Below are positions 17,263-26,600 of a DNA stretch of 49,328 bases, one piece after another. The notes under the pieces are model-generated. The model made no database searches. It was given only the letters and a program-made list of their open reading frames with translations, and was not told the DNA's origin. A program made the translations under genes and the position numbers. Origin of the DNA: an uncultured Candidatus Bathyarchaeia archaeon (GTDB lineage Archaea > Thermoproteota > Bathyarchaeia > 40CM-2-53-6 > JALHTG01). Each line of letters opens with the position of its first letter. Within the stretch, counting starts at the first letter, position 1. The DNA lies in the NCBI GenBank assembly GCA_964528315.1, contig CAZGRO010000003.1, positions 1 through 49,328 on the forward strand, written 5' to 3'.

Positions 17263-17520
17263 AATCAAACCTTTCTTGATCTACTTTACCATGTGGTTCA
17301 GGATTGCACTTGCCGAGATAAACAGCCAAGGCAATCTAACGAGCCCTACGCGCTCGACTAGCGAGATGTGCTCAACGAGGGATGTCACATAGAAGCCGGC
17401 CGGAATCATGATGGTCCCACTCAACATGATCGTCAACTATTCTCTTTTGTGAGCATAGGTTGTCGGATCCTGTATTCAGATCTTCCCCGGACGAGGAACA
17501 GGACCGTTTGCCGCGACGAT

Positions 17521-18306
17521 TCAGGCTCTCTGTGTCATTGAGGAAGTCCACCTGATGATGACGGCTGTGAGAAATACTGCAATGCCTGATAGCACAACCA
17601 AAGGCCCAGGGGGCAGTTGGAGATAGGCAGACAACACGACGCCAAACAACGCGCTCATTATTCCGAAGGCCGAGCTCAGCACAGAGTACCGAAATAGATT
17701 CGAGCTCAGTGTTCTGGCTGCTGCGGCGGGCACAATCACCAGAAAGCCCACGAGTAGGCTGCCAACAATCTTTATGCCTATTGCCACCACGAGGGAGACA
17801 AGCAGAAGGTACACTAGATTCGTATTGGCAACATTAACACCACTTGATGTCGCGAGCTCCTCTGAGATCATAGACAGAATCATCTTTCTGTAGATAGCTC
17901 TCGTCAGGAGCACCGCTGAAGCAGCGACAACCGCAGCTATGGCCGCGTCCAAAAGGGTCACCTTGGTGATGTCGCCAAACAGCGCCTCCAGAAGATCTGG
18001 CTCTGGAATGATGAGGATTCCAACCGCCAGTGCAAGCGTGAACATCGCCCCCACGATTGTCTCGATGGGAAGTCTTGTGATTCTTTCGATACGCCACACT
18101 ATCAATGCGCATCCGAATAGAAACGCGAATGCCCCTATGAAGGGATTGAAGTTGAACAAGATCCCAAGAGCGAGCCCTGGTAGAGCAACATGAGACAAAG
18201 CATCTCCGACCAATGCCATCTTCTTCAGCACCATGAGTGAGCCCAAATAACCGGCCGACAAGCCTACAAAAACTCCAATCACAAGGCTGATCAGCGATGC
18301 GGGCAT
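17521..18306 (-). CDS. ABC-3 family metal (Zn/Mn-type) transporter permease
   Basis: Polytopic ZnuB/MntB-like sequence (LALGILFNFNPFIGAFAF..., VVPAAAARTLS). The ATG at 18306 lies 8 nt after the ATPase stop codon. Confidence 0.8.
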   Translation of the reverse strand: MPASLISLVIGVFVGLSAGYLGSLMVLKKMALVGDALSHVALPGLALGILFNFNPFIGAFAFLFGCALIVWRIERITRLPIETIVGAMFTLALAVGILIIPEPDLLEALFGDITKVTLLDAAIAAVVAASAVLLTRAIYRKMILSMISEELATSSGVNVANTNLVYLLLVSLVVAIGIKIVGSLLVGFLVIVPAAAARTLSSNLFRYSVLSSAFGIMSALFGVVLSAYLQLPPGPLVVLSGIAVFLTAVIIRWTSSMTQRA

Positions 18307-18314
18307 TGTACTGA

Positions 18315-19010
18315 TCACCTCTTGTCCTTTCGCTTCTTCAACGTAGTCCCGGGACCGTAGATGGCGTGAAGAACCGATGAGTCCGTGATTTCTTCTGATT
18401 CTGCGAAGCATATCACGTTCCTATTCAGGGCTAACATGTATTCCGAATAGTCTCTAATGATGTGCACATCATGGGAAATGAGGAGCACTGTTATTCCATG
18501 ATCCTTTTCCAATCCGTTTACCATCTCGTAGATGGCCTCCTCGCTATCGAGATCCACTCCGGTTGTTGGTTCGTCAAACAGTAGAACATCAGGCTGATCA
18601 ACTATGGCCCAAGCTATCAGCACCCTCTGCAGTTGGCCTCCCGATAAGACGCCGAGTGCTCTGTCCATTATACTTGCATCATCTAGACCCACAGCTCCTA
18701 AACTCTCTTTAATGTCAGATGACTTCTTGAAGGAGAGGAATTCCCGTACGGAAATCGGTATGTCAGTGACAGACAGCTTTTGGGGAACGTAGCCTATTCT
18801 CACTCCTTCTGCCCACTCAATCTTCCCTGTATATGGTATGAGATTCAGCAATGCCCTGAAGAGAACAGATTTTCCAGCGCCGTTGGGTCCAACTATTGCC
18901 AGCGTCGTACCCCTCTTGACTTTGAAGGAAACGTTCTCCAGAATTGCCCGGTCTTGAAGCTTCACATTCAGGTCTGACACTTGGAGTATGTAGTCGTCGT
19001 GAGTTCCCAT
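18315..19010 (-). CDS. ABC transporter ATP-binding protein (Zn/Mn ZnuC-like)
   Basis: Walker A GPNGAGKSV, signature LSGGQLQRV, Walker B LLFDEPTTGVD, H-loop ISHD. Confidence 0.85.
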   Translation of the reverse strand: MGTHDDYILQVSDLNVKLQDRAILENVSFKVKRGTTLAIVGPNGAGKSVLFRALLNLIPYTGKIEWAEGVRIGYVPQKLSVTDIPISVREFLSFKKSSDIKESLGAVGLDDASIMDRALGVLSGGQLQRVLIAWAIVDQPDVLLFDEPTTGVDLDSEEAIYEMVNGLEKDHGITVLLISHDVHIIRDYSEYMLALNRNVICFAESEEITDSSVLHAIYGPGTTLKKRKDKR

Positions 19011-19047
19011 GTTTGAACACCTCTCTCGATCCGCATGATGCAGGACA

Positions 19048-19305
19048 CTATTCTCTCCTTAGAACGAACAGTATTATGCCCAGTATCACCGACCAAATAA
19101 CGATATCTCCAAGCAGATCCGGCGTACTGACATGCCAAGGGGAGTACTGCGGAGCTACGATTAGGCGTACAAGCCATGCAAGCGGATATCCGTAGTGAAC
19201 AGCACCGACTAATCTGGACGGTGTGTTCTCGAACAGGCCTGTTAGAAGAGTTATTCCGATTCCACCAAGAGCACATGCAAGAACAGTTTTCACACTCATT
19301 CTCAT
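19048..19305 (-). CDS. Small membrane protein heading the ABC-3 operon
   Basis: 85 aa with an N-terminal TM helix (TVLACALGGIGITLLTGL) and a C-terminal one (IVIWSVILGIILFVL). Same strand, 37 nt upstream of the ATPase gene. Confidence 0.5.
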   Translation of the reverse strand: MRMSVKTVLACALGGIGITLLTGLFENTPSRLVGAVHYGYPLAWLVRLIVAPQYSPWHVSTPDLLGDIVIWSVILGIILFVLRRE

Positions 19306-19520
19306 CGCACCTCTTCCGACAACTCACTGAGAGGTCGTACGAAGTACATGTAAGTTATTACCCATTTCCACACCATGTATGTGCTCTGCTACACGTTCAT
19401 CAAATCTACGTCCCGAATACTATCATGCCAATTGAAGTGCGAGAGTCCTTCGCAGAAATCGTTGGAGGCAATGTGCTAGAGAGGAACGTTGACATCGGTT
19501 GTCTGAACGATTATCATTGA

Positions 19521-19973
19521 ATGAGTGACGGCCAGACTTCTTTTATACTCGGATCTTGCCTACGTGACCTCGACGAAATCGAATTGACAGAACAGAAGAA
19601 TAGACCTGCCGGAATAACGATCTTGGTCGTGTTACAGACGATCGGGGCAGCGTTTGCTCTGCTAGGAGGCCTGGCCCTTCTCGGGATCGCAGGCATCGCA
19701 ACACTGCGCCCCGTGATAGAAATGGTGCTCGTTCTCGTTGGCACGTTACTAACTGGCATGGGAGCAATCAACCTTTTTCTTGCATACGGGCTCTGGAGCG
19801 GGCGGGCGTGGGCTTGGACTTGGGCCCTCATTTTCAACGTATTTAGCATCGTCCTTGGAATCTTCAGTCTCACACGAGGACATCTCTGGAACATCATCAG
19901 CCTTCTTCTTCATGTTCTGACAATAGTCTACCTGAATACGGCACATGTCAAGGCCTTCTTCGGCAAGGCCTGA
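19521..19973 (+). CDS. Hypothetical 4-TM membrane protein
   Basis: 150-aa ORF with four hydrophobic helices (ITILVVLQTIGAAFALLGGLALLGI etc.). I recognise no family. Confidence 0.5.
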   Translation: MSDGQTSFILGSCLRDLDEIELTEQKNRPAGITILVVLQTIGAAFALLGGLALLGIAGIATLRPVIEMVLVLVGTLLTGMGAINLFLAYGLWSGRAWAWTWALIFNVFSIVLGIFSLTRGHLWNIISLLLHVLTIVYLNTAHVKAFFGKA

Positions 19974-20326
19974 CCTTCCAATCCCCGCATGGCAAGAGCA
20001 GAAGCCGAATCCGCTATACTTTTCTGGAAACAGCAGTCAGCAATTGAAAAGTCGAGTTTGCCGAAATCCTTTGTGGATCTCAGTCATTCCTCCCTTCGGG
20101 CTATGCGTGCTGCCACAGCTGAGATTTCTCGAAAACGAAATGAGAACTTACTTCGCTCAGCCAATCTCTTCTCGTAAGGAGAAGCTTGACAGTGAGCGTA
20201 CCAAAGAACATATCCGAACTCAAAGAAAAAGGTGAGCCTTTCCTGAACTCTCACTTTCTGATTCGGCATAGCTGTGGCTTGATGAAGTTTGTCAGGCCTT
20301 CGAAAGTCGTACGTTGAGAAGGGCAC

Positions 20327-20689
20327 TCAAGGGAATCGCAGGAACGGTCTGAGGGCGAAGAAACCTATCGCCGCAAGCACCACTCCTACAATGACGAAGA
20401 TCACCGCCGCCACCAATGCGATCAAGAATGCCTTGAGCCACCCACAGTCGAAGAAGTGCTTGATCAACCCAAGCCACATGATCAGCACGACTACGGTCGC
20501 AGCTATGCCTGAGAAGGCGAAGTGAATAAGAGAACCTATCACTGTGCCAAGCACAACTATCCACAAAGCATCAGTAAACTTCGCCTTATCTTTCCCTGAA
20601 AGCGCCCGTCCAGCCAACCAGAGCACTGGAGCGATAATTACCGCATTCACTATTACATGTATCACCAGAGCGTCGAGATTTATCGCCAT
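20327..20689 (-). CDS. Hypothetical membrane protein
   Basis: 120-aa ORF with 3-4 TM helices. I recognise no family. Confidence 0.5.
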   Translation of the reverse strand: MAINLDALVIHVIVNAVIIAPVLWLAGRALSGKDKAKFTDALWIVVLGTVIGSLIHFAFSGIAATVVVLIMWLGLIKHFFDCGWLKAFLIALVAAVIFVIVGVVLAAIGFFALRPFLRFP

Positions 20690-20802
20690 ATCCTCTCACC
20701 ACTCATCTTTGTCCCACTCTGACGCCATATAAAGATTAGTAAGTTATCATGACAGAAGATCGTCTGAGGAGAATCCAGTACGGCGTGCTTGGATTCTCCT
20801 AG

Positions 20803-21486
20803 TCAGAATTTCCTCTCAAACGTGGCTCCGATTTCGTCGCATATACTCTCAAACGCAGTCTCCACGTTCTTCTCGAATTCCGCACGCAGAACAGTGCCTT
20901 CAACTTGCCGCTTGGGATATGGAAGCGTTCGGTAGAGTTCCATAAGAAATGGGTAGATCCGAAAGACATAATCCTTCGATCGTTTCATTTTGTACCCATA
21001 ATTCGGGCTGCCTCTGTATCTCTGAGTGTATACTCGTTCTCTTCTTTCCCACGAGACTTCTGGGGCCACATGGACGAATATTACGCCTGCGTTGAACGAA
21101 CTTAACGCCTGCGAGTACTTGAGAAACAGTATTTCGGCCAGATCTGGATTCTTGACTCTTGCATGTGCCACAGCGAAGATGTTTGATTCGTCTAGGTATA
21201 TCTTGTTGCTCGGCTCGTGTGGAATCTCTCTCATCCTCTCCAAATCGAGCTGGAGCACCATTTTCTCGAATTCCTTGTCGACAAGAGCGCCGCCGAGCAG
21301 ACTTCCTTCCTCTCTTTCTCTTTCTAGGAGGATTTGTCCTGCCTCTCGAAGGGCGACTATGTTCTTGTAGGTTCGGACTAGGTGTCTCTGTGCATGGCTC
21401 TTTCCTGAGGCCTGAGGCCCGCCGATTATCACGTATGCCCTGCCTCTCAAATGATCTTCCTCAGTCATGCGTCCTTTCAGGTTCAC
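20803..21486 (-). CDS. P-loop NTPase / kinase-like protein
   Basis: Walker A VIIGGPQASGKSH and Walker B-like KIYLDESN. About 225 aa, the size and layout of small nucleoside/nucleotide kinases. Confidence 0.55.
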   Translation of the reverse strand: MNLKGRMTEEDHLRGRAYVIIGGPQASGKSHAQRHLVRTYKNIVALREAGQILLEREREEGSLLGGALVDKEFEKMVLQLDLERMREIPHEPSNKIYLDESNIFAVAHARVKNPDLAEILFLKYSQALSSFNAGVIFVHVAPEVSWERRERVYTQRYRGSPNYGYKMKRSKDYVFRIYPFLMELYRTLPYPKRQVEGTVLRAEFEKNVETAFESICDEIGATFERKF

Positions 21487-21537
21487 GCGTTGAATGTGAT
21501 TTGATTGAGGCTGCAGGTGAATGAATTGACGCCGAGA

Positions 21538-23244
21538 CTAGGCACCGAAGGCCCCACCTAACCACTTCCCTCCGATCTTGTTTGCGAGTATTATTGTCGT
21601 CGACGTTACAGCCATGACGATCACTCCTAGCGCTGCCGCTGCCCCGAAGCGTCCACCTGACTGAAAGAGTATGAATGTTCCTATCGTCATGGTTTCCCAA
21701 CCGGGAAGAAATAGGAACATTGTGGAGGACACTTCTTGAATGCCTGTTACAAAGGAGAACATTGTGCCTGAGAAGACACCCCTAACGATCAGTGGGAGGT
21801 TTATCTTGAAGAACGTTCTCAACCTGCTGGCTCCAAGTATCTCCGATGCTTCCTCGAAGGCTTGGTCTGTTTGCAGCAGAGAGGCGTACGCAGATCGCAC
21901 AACGTAAGGCACTCTTCTTATTGCTATGACGAGAGGCATGATGATCCACAGATGCGTCAGCGTGTCTCCAATCCCGGGAATGATGAGTTTGTGAAATCCT
22001 CTCAAATAGCCGATTCCCACAACAATCCCTGGTACGGCGAGAATCATCGTGACCAGACCGTCCATAAGATCCCTGCCCGGAACACGGGTCCTAGCTAGAA
22101 GGAAGGCTATCACCAGTCCAAGTATCAGATCCATCACCAAGGCAACCCCTGAGAATCTAAAGCTGTTGACAATGTACAGCGGGGTTTCCGAAATAACGAA
22201 GAGAAAGTTGTCGAGGCCATATTCCAAGGGGAACGGTGTCAGCCTCCAGACCTTTGCGAATGAGGATATGGTAAGCCACACGGGAGCCAGCAGTGAAAGA
22301 ACTGCTATGATGATGCAGAAAGAGAAAGCAAGGCTCCTCTTCACACCCTCGGTTTCAACGATTCTTCCTTCTCTTGTTGCGCCTTTGCTCAGCGAAACAT
22401 ATTGCTTGAGGCTGACGTACTTTCTCATTCCCAGCAGCATCACCATGGAGAAGATGGCAATGATTATGCAACCAACCATCCCCTTCTGGAATCTAGGAAT
22501 GTCAGTGAATTGAATTAGGTCTGAATACGCCTGCGGCGCCAAGAACTCTTGGAGTCCCAACGTCATAGGGGTGACCCAGTCTGAGAACACCCAAATGAAA
22601 GCAAGGAAGGCTCCCGCTGCGACGCCAGGCGTTGCCAGCGGAAGAGTTACTGTGAGAAATCTTCTGATTCCAGACGCGCCCTGTATCTCCGCCGTTTCCT
22701 CCAGTTCCGGATCTATCTGAGTCATCGCGGCTGCAGCGTTCAGATATATCAAAGGATAGAGATGCAATGTCTCCAGCAATATCAGGCCGTGAAGCCCATA
22801 GACGAGGTTTATTGGCTCTCTGGTCACTCCAAGCCAATCCATCAAGACTAGGTTTATCGTGCCATATCTTCCAAACAGGAACACGAAAGCCATAGCTCCC
22901 ACAAAGGGTGGAACTATCATCGGGATCAGTGAAATCGTCATGAAGAGAGTCTTTCCTGGTAGTCTGTATCTTGAAAGGAAATATGCCATGGGAATGCCGA
23001 TGAGAGAACTGGTCAAGACGCTGACAACGCTTGCAGCTAAGCTGTTCCAGAAGCACCTTGCGTAGTAAGGATCACTTAGGAAATCGCCGTAGTATTTCAG
23101 AGTGAGCCTACCTTCTATGAAAAAGCTCTCATAGAATACTATGATAATCGGGTAGACAAGAAAGAGCGCCACTACGGCGTAGACGCTAAGGCTAAGCGCA
23201 GTGTTGCCGACAGTGATGGTCTTCAGCTTTCGTCCTAAGATCAT
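21538..23244 (-). CDS. ABC transporter permease, fused two-domain (iron(III)/thiamine-type FbpB-like)
   Basis: 568 aa with two MalFG-type halves, each with an EAA loop (ETAEIQGASGIRRFLTVTLP; EASEILGASRLRTFFKINLP). The start overlaps the ATPase stop (ATGA). Confidence 0.85.
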   Translation of the reverse strand: MILGRKLKTITVGNTALSLSVYAVVALFLVYPIIIVFYESFFIEGRLTLKYYGDFLSDPYYARCFWNSLAASVVSVLTSSLIGIPMAYFLSRYRLPGKTLFMTISLIPMIVPPFVGAMAFVFLFGRYGTINLVLMDWLGVTREPINLVYGLHGLILLETLHLYPLIYLNAAAAMTQIDPELEETAEIQGASGIRRFLTVTLPLATPGVAAGAFLAFIWVFSDWVTPMTLGLQEFLAPQAYSDLIQFTDIPRFQKGMVGCIIIAIFSMVMLLGMRKYVSLKQYVSLSKGATREGRIVETEGVKRSLAFSFCIIIAVLSLLAPVWLTISSFAKVWRLTPFPLEYGLDNFLFVISETPLYIVNSFRFSGVALVMDLILGLVIAFLLARTRVPGRDLMDGLVTMILAVPGIVVGIGYLRGFHKLIIPGIGDTLTHLWIIMPLVIAIRRVPYVVRSAYASLLQTDQAFEEASEILGASRLRTFFKINLPLIVRGVFSGTMFSFVTGIQEVSSTMFLFLPGWETMTIGTFILFQSGGRFGAAAALGVIVMAVTSTTIILANKIGGKWLGGAFGA

Positions 23245-24308
23245 TTTGATCGGACTTCATCTATTACAACGCAGTTCTCCGGTCTCACGTGAACAGCAAT
23301 CTCGTCGCCTTTGCTCAGAACCACCGAAGGATCTGTTCTGACTCTGATCAAGCGTTCACCGATACGTATCCTGTAGTCTCGAACATCTCCCAGATATGCT
23401 GAGGCCACCACCTCTCCTCTCAGAACGTTTCTCTCCATTCCAGGTGTCCGAAAAATCTTGAGATTCTCTGCCTTTATCGAAAGTGTTGCCTTGTCACTGG
23501 TCTTCAGCGCCTCTGGAACGTTGCAGTCAATTTCGGAGTCATCAAAGGTGACAAATCCGTTTCCAATCTTCACTGGAATCAGATTTGTCAGGCCAATGAA
23601 ATCTGCGACAAACGGTGTCTCCGGGCTCGTGTAGATCTGTTCTGCGGTACCAACTTGGTGGACCCTTCCATCATGCATCACGGCTAGTGTATCCGACAAG
23701 GTCATCGCTTCTGCTTGGTCATGTGTGACATAGATGCTTGTCGTGCCCACTCGTTTCTGGATCTGTCGAAGCTCGAATCTCATCTCATCTCTTAGCTTGG
23801 CGTCAAGGTTGCTCAGAGGCTCGTCCAAGAGAAGGATCCTTGGTTGGGGCGCCAGTGCTCTTGCGAGTGACACTCTTTGCTGTTGTCCTCCGCTGAGTTG
23901 CTGTGGGTACCGTTTCTCGAATCCCCTCATGCGCACGATTTCTAGAGTGTCTTCGACCCGCCGCCGAACCTCATCCCTTGGCAGCTTCTGTATTCTCAGA
24001 CCGTAAGCAATGTTATCGAAAACGTTCATGTGAGGCCATACGGCCCAGCTCTGGAAAACCATTCCCATGCCACGTTTTGCAGGCGGCACGAATACTCCTT
24101 TGCTCGCTGAAACCAGAATTTCCCCTGAAACAACTATTTCCCCCTCATCAGGCCTTACGAACCCGGCAACACATCTCAATGTAGTTGTCTTTCCACATCC
24201 AGAAGGACCTAGCAGAGCAAAGAATTCTTTCTTCTCTATGTGAAGGTCAACATTGTCTACGGCTTTCACGCCGTCAAATCTCTTCGTCACACCGATGACA
24301 TCTATCAT
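23241..24308 (-). CDS. ABC transporter ATP-binding protein with C-terminal TOBE-like domain (FbpC/PotA-like)
   Basis: Walker A GPSGCGKTT, signature LSGGQQQRV, Walker B LLLDEPLSNLD, H-loop VTHD, and a beta-rich C-terminal regulatory domain. Confidence 0.9.
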   Translation of the reverse strand: MIDVIGVTKRFDGVKAVDNVDLHIEKKEFFALLGPSGCGKTTTLRCVAGFVRPDEGEIVVSGEILVSASKGVFVPPAKRGMGMVFQSWAVWPHMNVFDNIAYGLRIQKLPRDEVRRRVEDTLEIVRMRGFEKRYPQQLSGGQQQRVSLARALAPQPRILLLDEPLSNLDAKLRDEMRFELRQIQKRVGTTSIYVTHDQAEAMTLSDTLAVMHDGRVHQVGTAEQIYTSPETPFVADFIGLTNLIPVKIGNGFVTFDDSEIDCNVPEALKTSDKATLSIKAENLKIFRTPGMERNVLRGEVVASAYLGDVRDYRIRIGERLIRVRTDPSVVLSKGDEIAVHVRPENCVVIDEVRSK

Positions 24309-24406
24309 TTCTTTGACCCAGCTTCCACTGGCTCAACACATCCTAGATGGCAAACAGTCCCAAATGCACTGATTAACAAAAAGGGAGGAGTTAAGATCCT
24401 TTCTGG

Positions 24407-25840
24407 TCACTTTTTCCTTTTCTTCAGCGTCACAAGAGCTACTGCAGCGATGACAACAACCAGAAAGACCACGGCAAGATTTAGCGGCTGTTCATACCAC
24501 TCCAGCTTTCTCGTGAGTCCTACTGAAGCGGCAGCTTGGTCTTTGGATTTTACAGCAGCAGTGGCGGCTTCTGCGTACTTTCCGGTGTCAAAGTTTGTTG
24601 TCGCCTGAGTCAGTGAGGTTTTTGCTGTATTGATGCTGTCTTTGGCTTTGGCCACATCATATCCTTCTTTTTCGCGGGCTGTTATCGTACTCTCGGCCTC
24701 GGTCAGAGTCTTCACAGCGTCTTGTATAGCATTCCAAGCTTTCGTCAGTTCTTCGAGTTTCTTGGATATGGTGTCATCATATAGATTGTTGACGTCTGAG
24801 AACCTCTTGGTGTACAGATCGAAATTCATGGGAAAGTTCTTGGTTGTGATGCCGTATACGTTCTCTGCCTTCATGAACTCCTTCAAAATCGCTGCACTTG
24901 GAATGTCTGGGTAGTCAGACAGCTTCAGATCCTTCTTTGCAGGAATGAGATCTCCTAGGAGAAATGCTGCTTGAGCTTCCTTGGAGGGTACCCAGTCCAT
25001 CCAGAGTTTTGCTATGTTAGGTCTGGGCGTTCCTTTCAGAATGCCTATGGGACTCGGGGAGAAGAAAGCTACATCGGGATACACAAAGCCAACGTTGTAT
25101 CCTGCCTTCTTTGCCATGACCGCCGAAGTCTCTGCGATAGCTATCCCTATAGCGTATTCACCCTTCTCGACTAAGCTTGAAACTTCAAGACTTCTCGCTG
25201 CCCACTTCCCAACATTGACCGCTAGTCTGCGCCAGTATGTCCAACCTTTTTCCTCTCCTCTCGATTGTAGGAGAATTTCGACATCTATGTGTAGACCGCC
25301 TGACCTAGCAGGAGTCGTCATGATGATCTGCCCTTTGTATTTCGGATCCAACAGGTCGTCCCACGTTTTCGGTTCAGGAAGCTTGAGTTTGGCTAGAAGA
25401 TCTCTGTTGGTCATTATGCCTGGACAGTAGAAGCTGACAGACATCCAATGTCCCTTGGCATCTTTCAACGCAAAGCCCTGAAAGTCGGCAGGGATCTGAT
25501 CCCAGCTCGCGCCGAGATGTGGCTCAAGTAGTCCTGCCGAAGTCAGCTCCGGATAGTATGAATACTCGCCACCCCAGAAGACATCTCCATCAGGCTTTCC
25601 GGCCCAGGCCTTGACCTTGGCATACAGCTCAGGCGAACCGCCCGGTATGTGCTCTACTGTGACTGTGAGGCCGTGTTTGTCTTTGACGTAACCCACGAAG
25701 GCTTTCGCCACCGGATCTATCGAGGCACGTGAGATCGGACTCACCAGAACCAGTTTGTCCTCGATCTGTGCTTGTGCAGGATTTGAGGCTAGGAAAACCA
25801 TGGGAAGCAGCAGTATGCTCAACATAAGGATTCTTTTCAA
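24407..25840 (-). CDS. ABC substrate-binding protein (family-1, iron(III)-type) with helical stalk and C-terminal TM anchor
   Basis: Signal peptide MKRILMLSILLLPMVFLASNPAQA, then an SBP body. A ~100-aa Ala/Lys/Thr-rich helical extension follows, ending in the TM helix LNLAVVFLVVVIAAVALVTL and KKRKK. Confidence 0.85.
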   Translation of the reverse strand: MKRILMLSILLLPMVFLASNPAQAQIEDKLVLVSPISRASIDPVAKAFVGYVKDKHGLTVTVEHIPGGSPELYAKVKAWAGKPDGDVFWGGEYSYYPELTSAGLLEPHLGASWDQIPADFQGFALKDAKGHWMSVSFYCPGIMTNRDLLAKLKLPEPKTWDDLLDPKYKGQIIMTTPARSGGLHIDVEILLQSRGEEKGWTYWRRLAVNVGKWAARSLEVSSLVEKGEYAIGIAIAETSAVMAKKAGYNVGFVYPDVAFFSPSPIGILKGTPRPNIAKLWMDWVPSKEAQAAFLLGDLIPAKKDLKLSDYPDIPSAAILKEFMKAENVYGITTKNFPMNFDLYTKRFSDVNNLYDDTISKKLEELTKAWNAIQDAVKTLTEAESTITAREKEGYDVAKAKDSINTAKTSLTQATTNFDTGKYAEAATAAVKSKDQAAASVGLTRKLEWYEQPLNLAVVFLVVVIAAVALVTLKKRKK

Positions 25841-26072
25841 CTCTTTTCCTCCTGTGCAATAGGTTGGTTTTTGATCGAGTTTACCCTTCCTCTCATCTAC
25901 CTTGCTCTCTTGAGCTGTGCTGTGAATGCCCGGAGGAGGTTCTTACCATTTGCGGTCGCCAGTTTTGACGGGTGTGGAAGGCAGATCGTCAAAAGGTCAG
26001 AGCATTCTGGTATGAGAATTGCCAAAGTTAAGATCGAGTCTCATTTCATCGATCTTTTTCTTGACGGAGAGA

Positions 26073-26426
26073 TCAGGGCCGTTGTGACTTGCAGGAACAG
26101 GCAGCAAGTTTGGCCATATGGTTCCTCTGACTCACATCTCTCACATAATCAAGAAGCGTCCAGCTGTTGTTCTCTATGAGTTCACAACCGAGTATATCGT
26201 AGAGATTCCTGACGATGAGTTTCTCAACAGCTCTAGTCCCCGCACCAAGAAGCTTCTCGAGTGCTTCATGGAACTCTTCCATCCTACGCGGAATCTCTTC
26301 ACGTTTCAGGTGCTGAATTCTCTCAACATGGTAGTATATGGTGTGTCTAGTGCCCTCGCCGAGGTCGAGCAGACCCAGATCTATAGCTCGAAGAATAATC
26401 TCGTTGAGGCGTTTCTCATCCGTCAT
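26073..26426 (-). CDS. Small conserved alpha-helical protein (copy 2; paralogue of 9706-10020)
   Basis: From the ATG at 26426 the protein aligns residue-for-residue with copy 1 over 99 positions, 41 of them identical by hand count. An A/T-rich TATA-like element (minus strand CGATATAATGAGATATAG) lies 35-50 nt upstream. Confidence 0.65.
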   Translation of the reverse strand: MTDEKRLNEIILRAIDLGLLDLGEGTRHTIYYHVERIQHLKREEIPRRMEEFHEALEKLLGAGTRAVEKLIVRNLYDILGCELIENNSWTLLDYVRDVSQRNHMAKLAACSCKSQRP

Positions 26427-26600
26427 TATCTTCGGGCAGATACGATGTTTCTCTAATCTATATCTCATTATATCGTGTTTTTCGATTCAAAGATGTTCGA
26501 TCTTCAACTTCACGCACTGTGGACTCGCAGCCTGATCACATTGCAGTCGTCGGCAAAAGCGCGCGCTGAGATCGCCGGAGTGGCATGTTGAGGTCTTGAC

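Noticed and set aside
20084-20326. 80-codon open frame immediately in-frame after the TGA of the 20327-20689 membrane-protein gene (possible readthrough or Sec)
   Set aside because: There is no SECIS-like structure or conserved-looking extension. The ORF merely begins at a GTG next to the stop.
22502-23056. 184-aa alternative-frame ORF within the ABC permease gene
   Set aside because: It is on the same strand but out of frame with a permease that has both EAA loops, and its sequence is Arg/Ser-rich.
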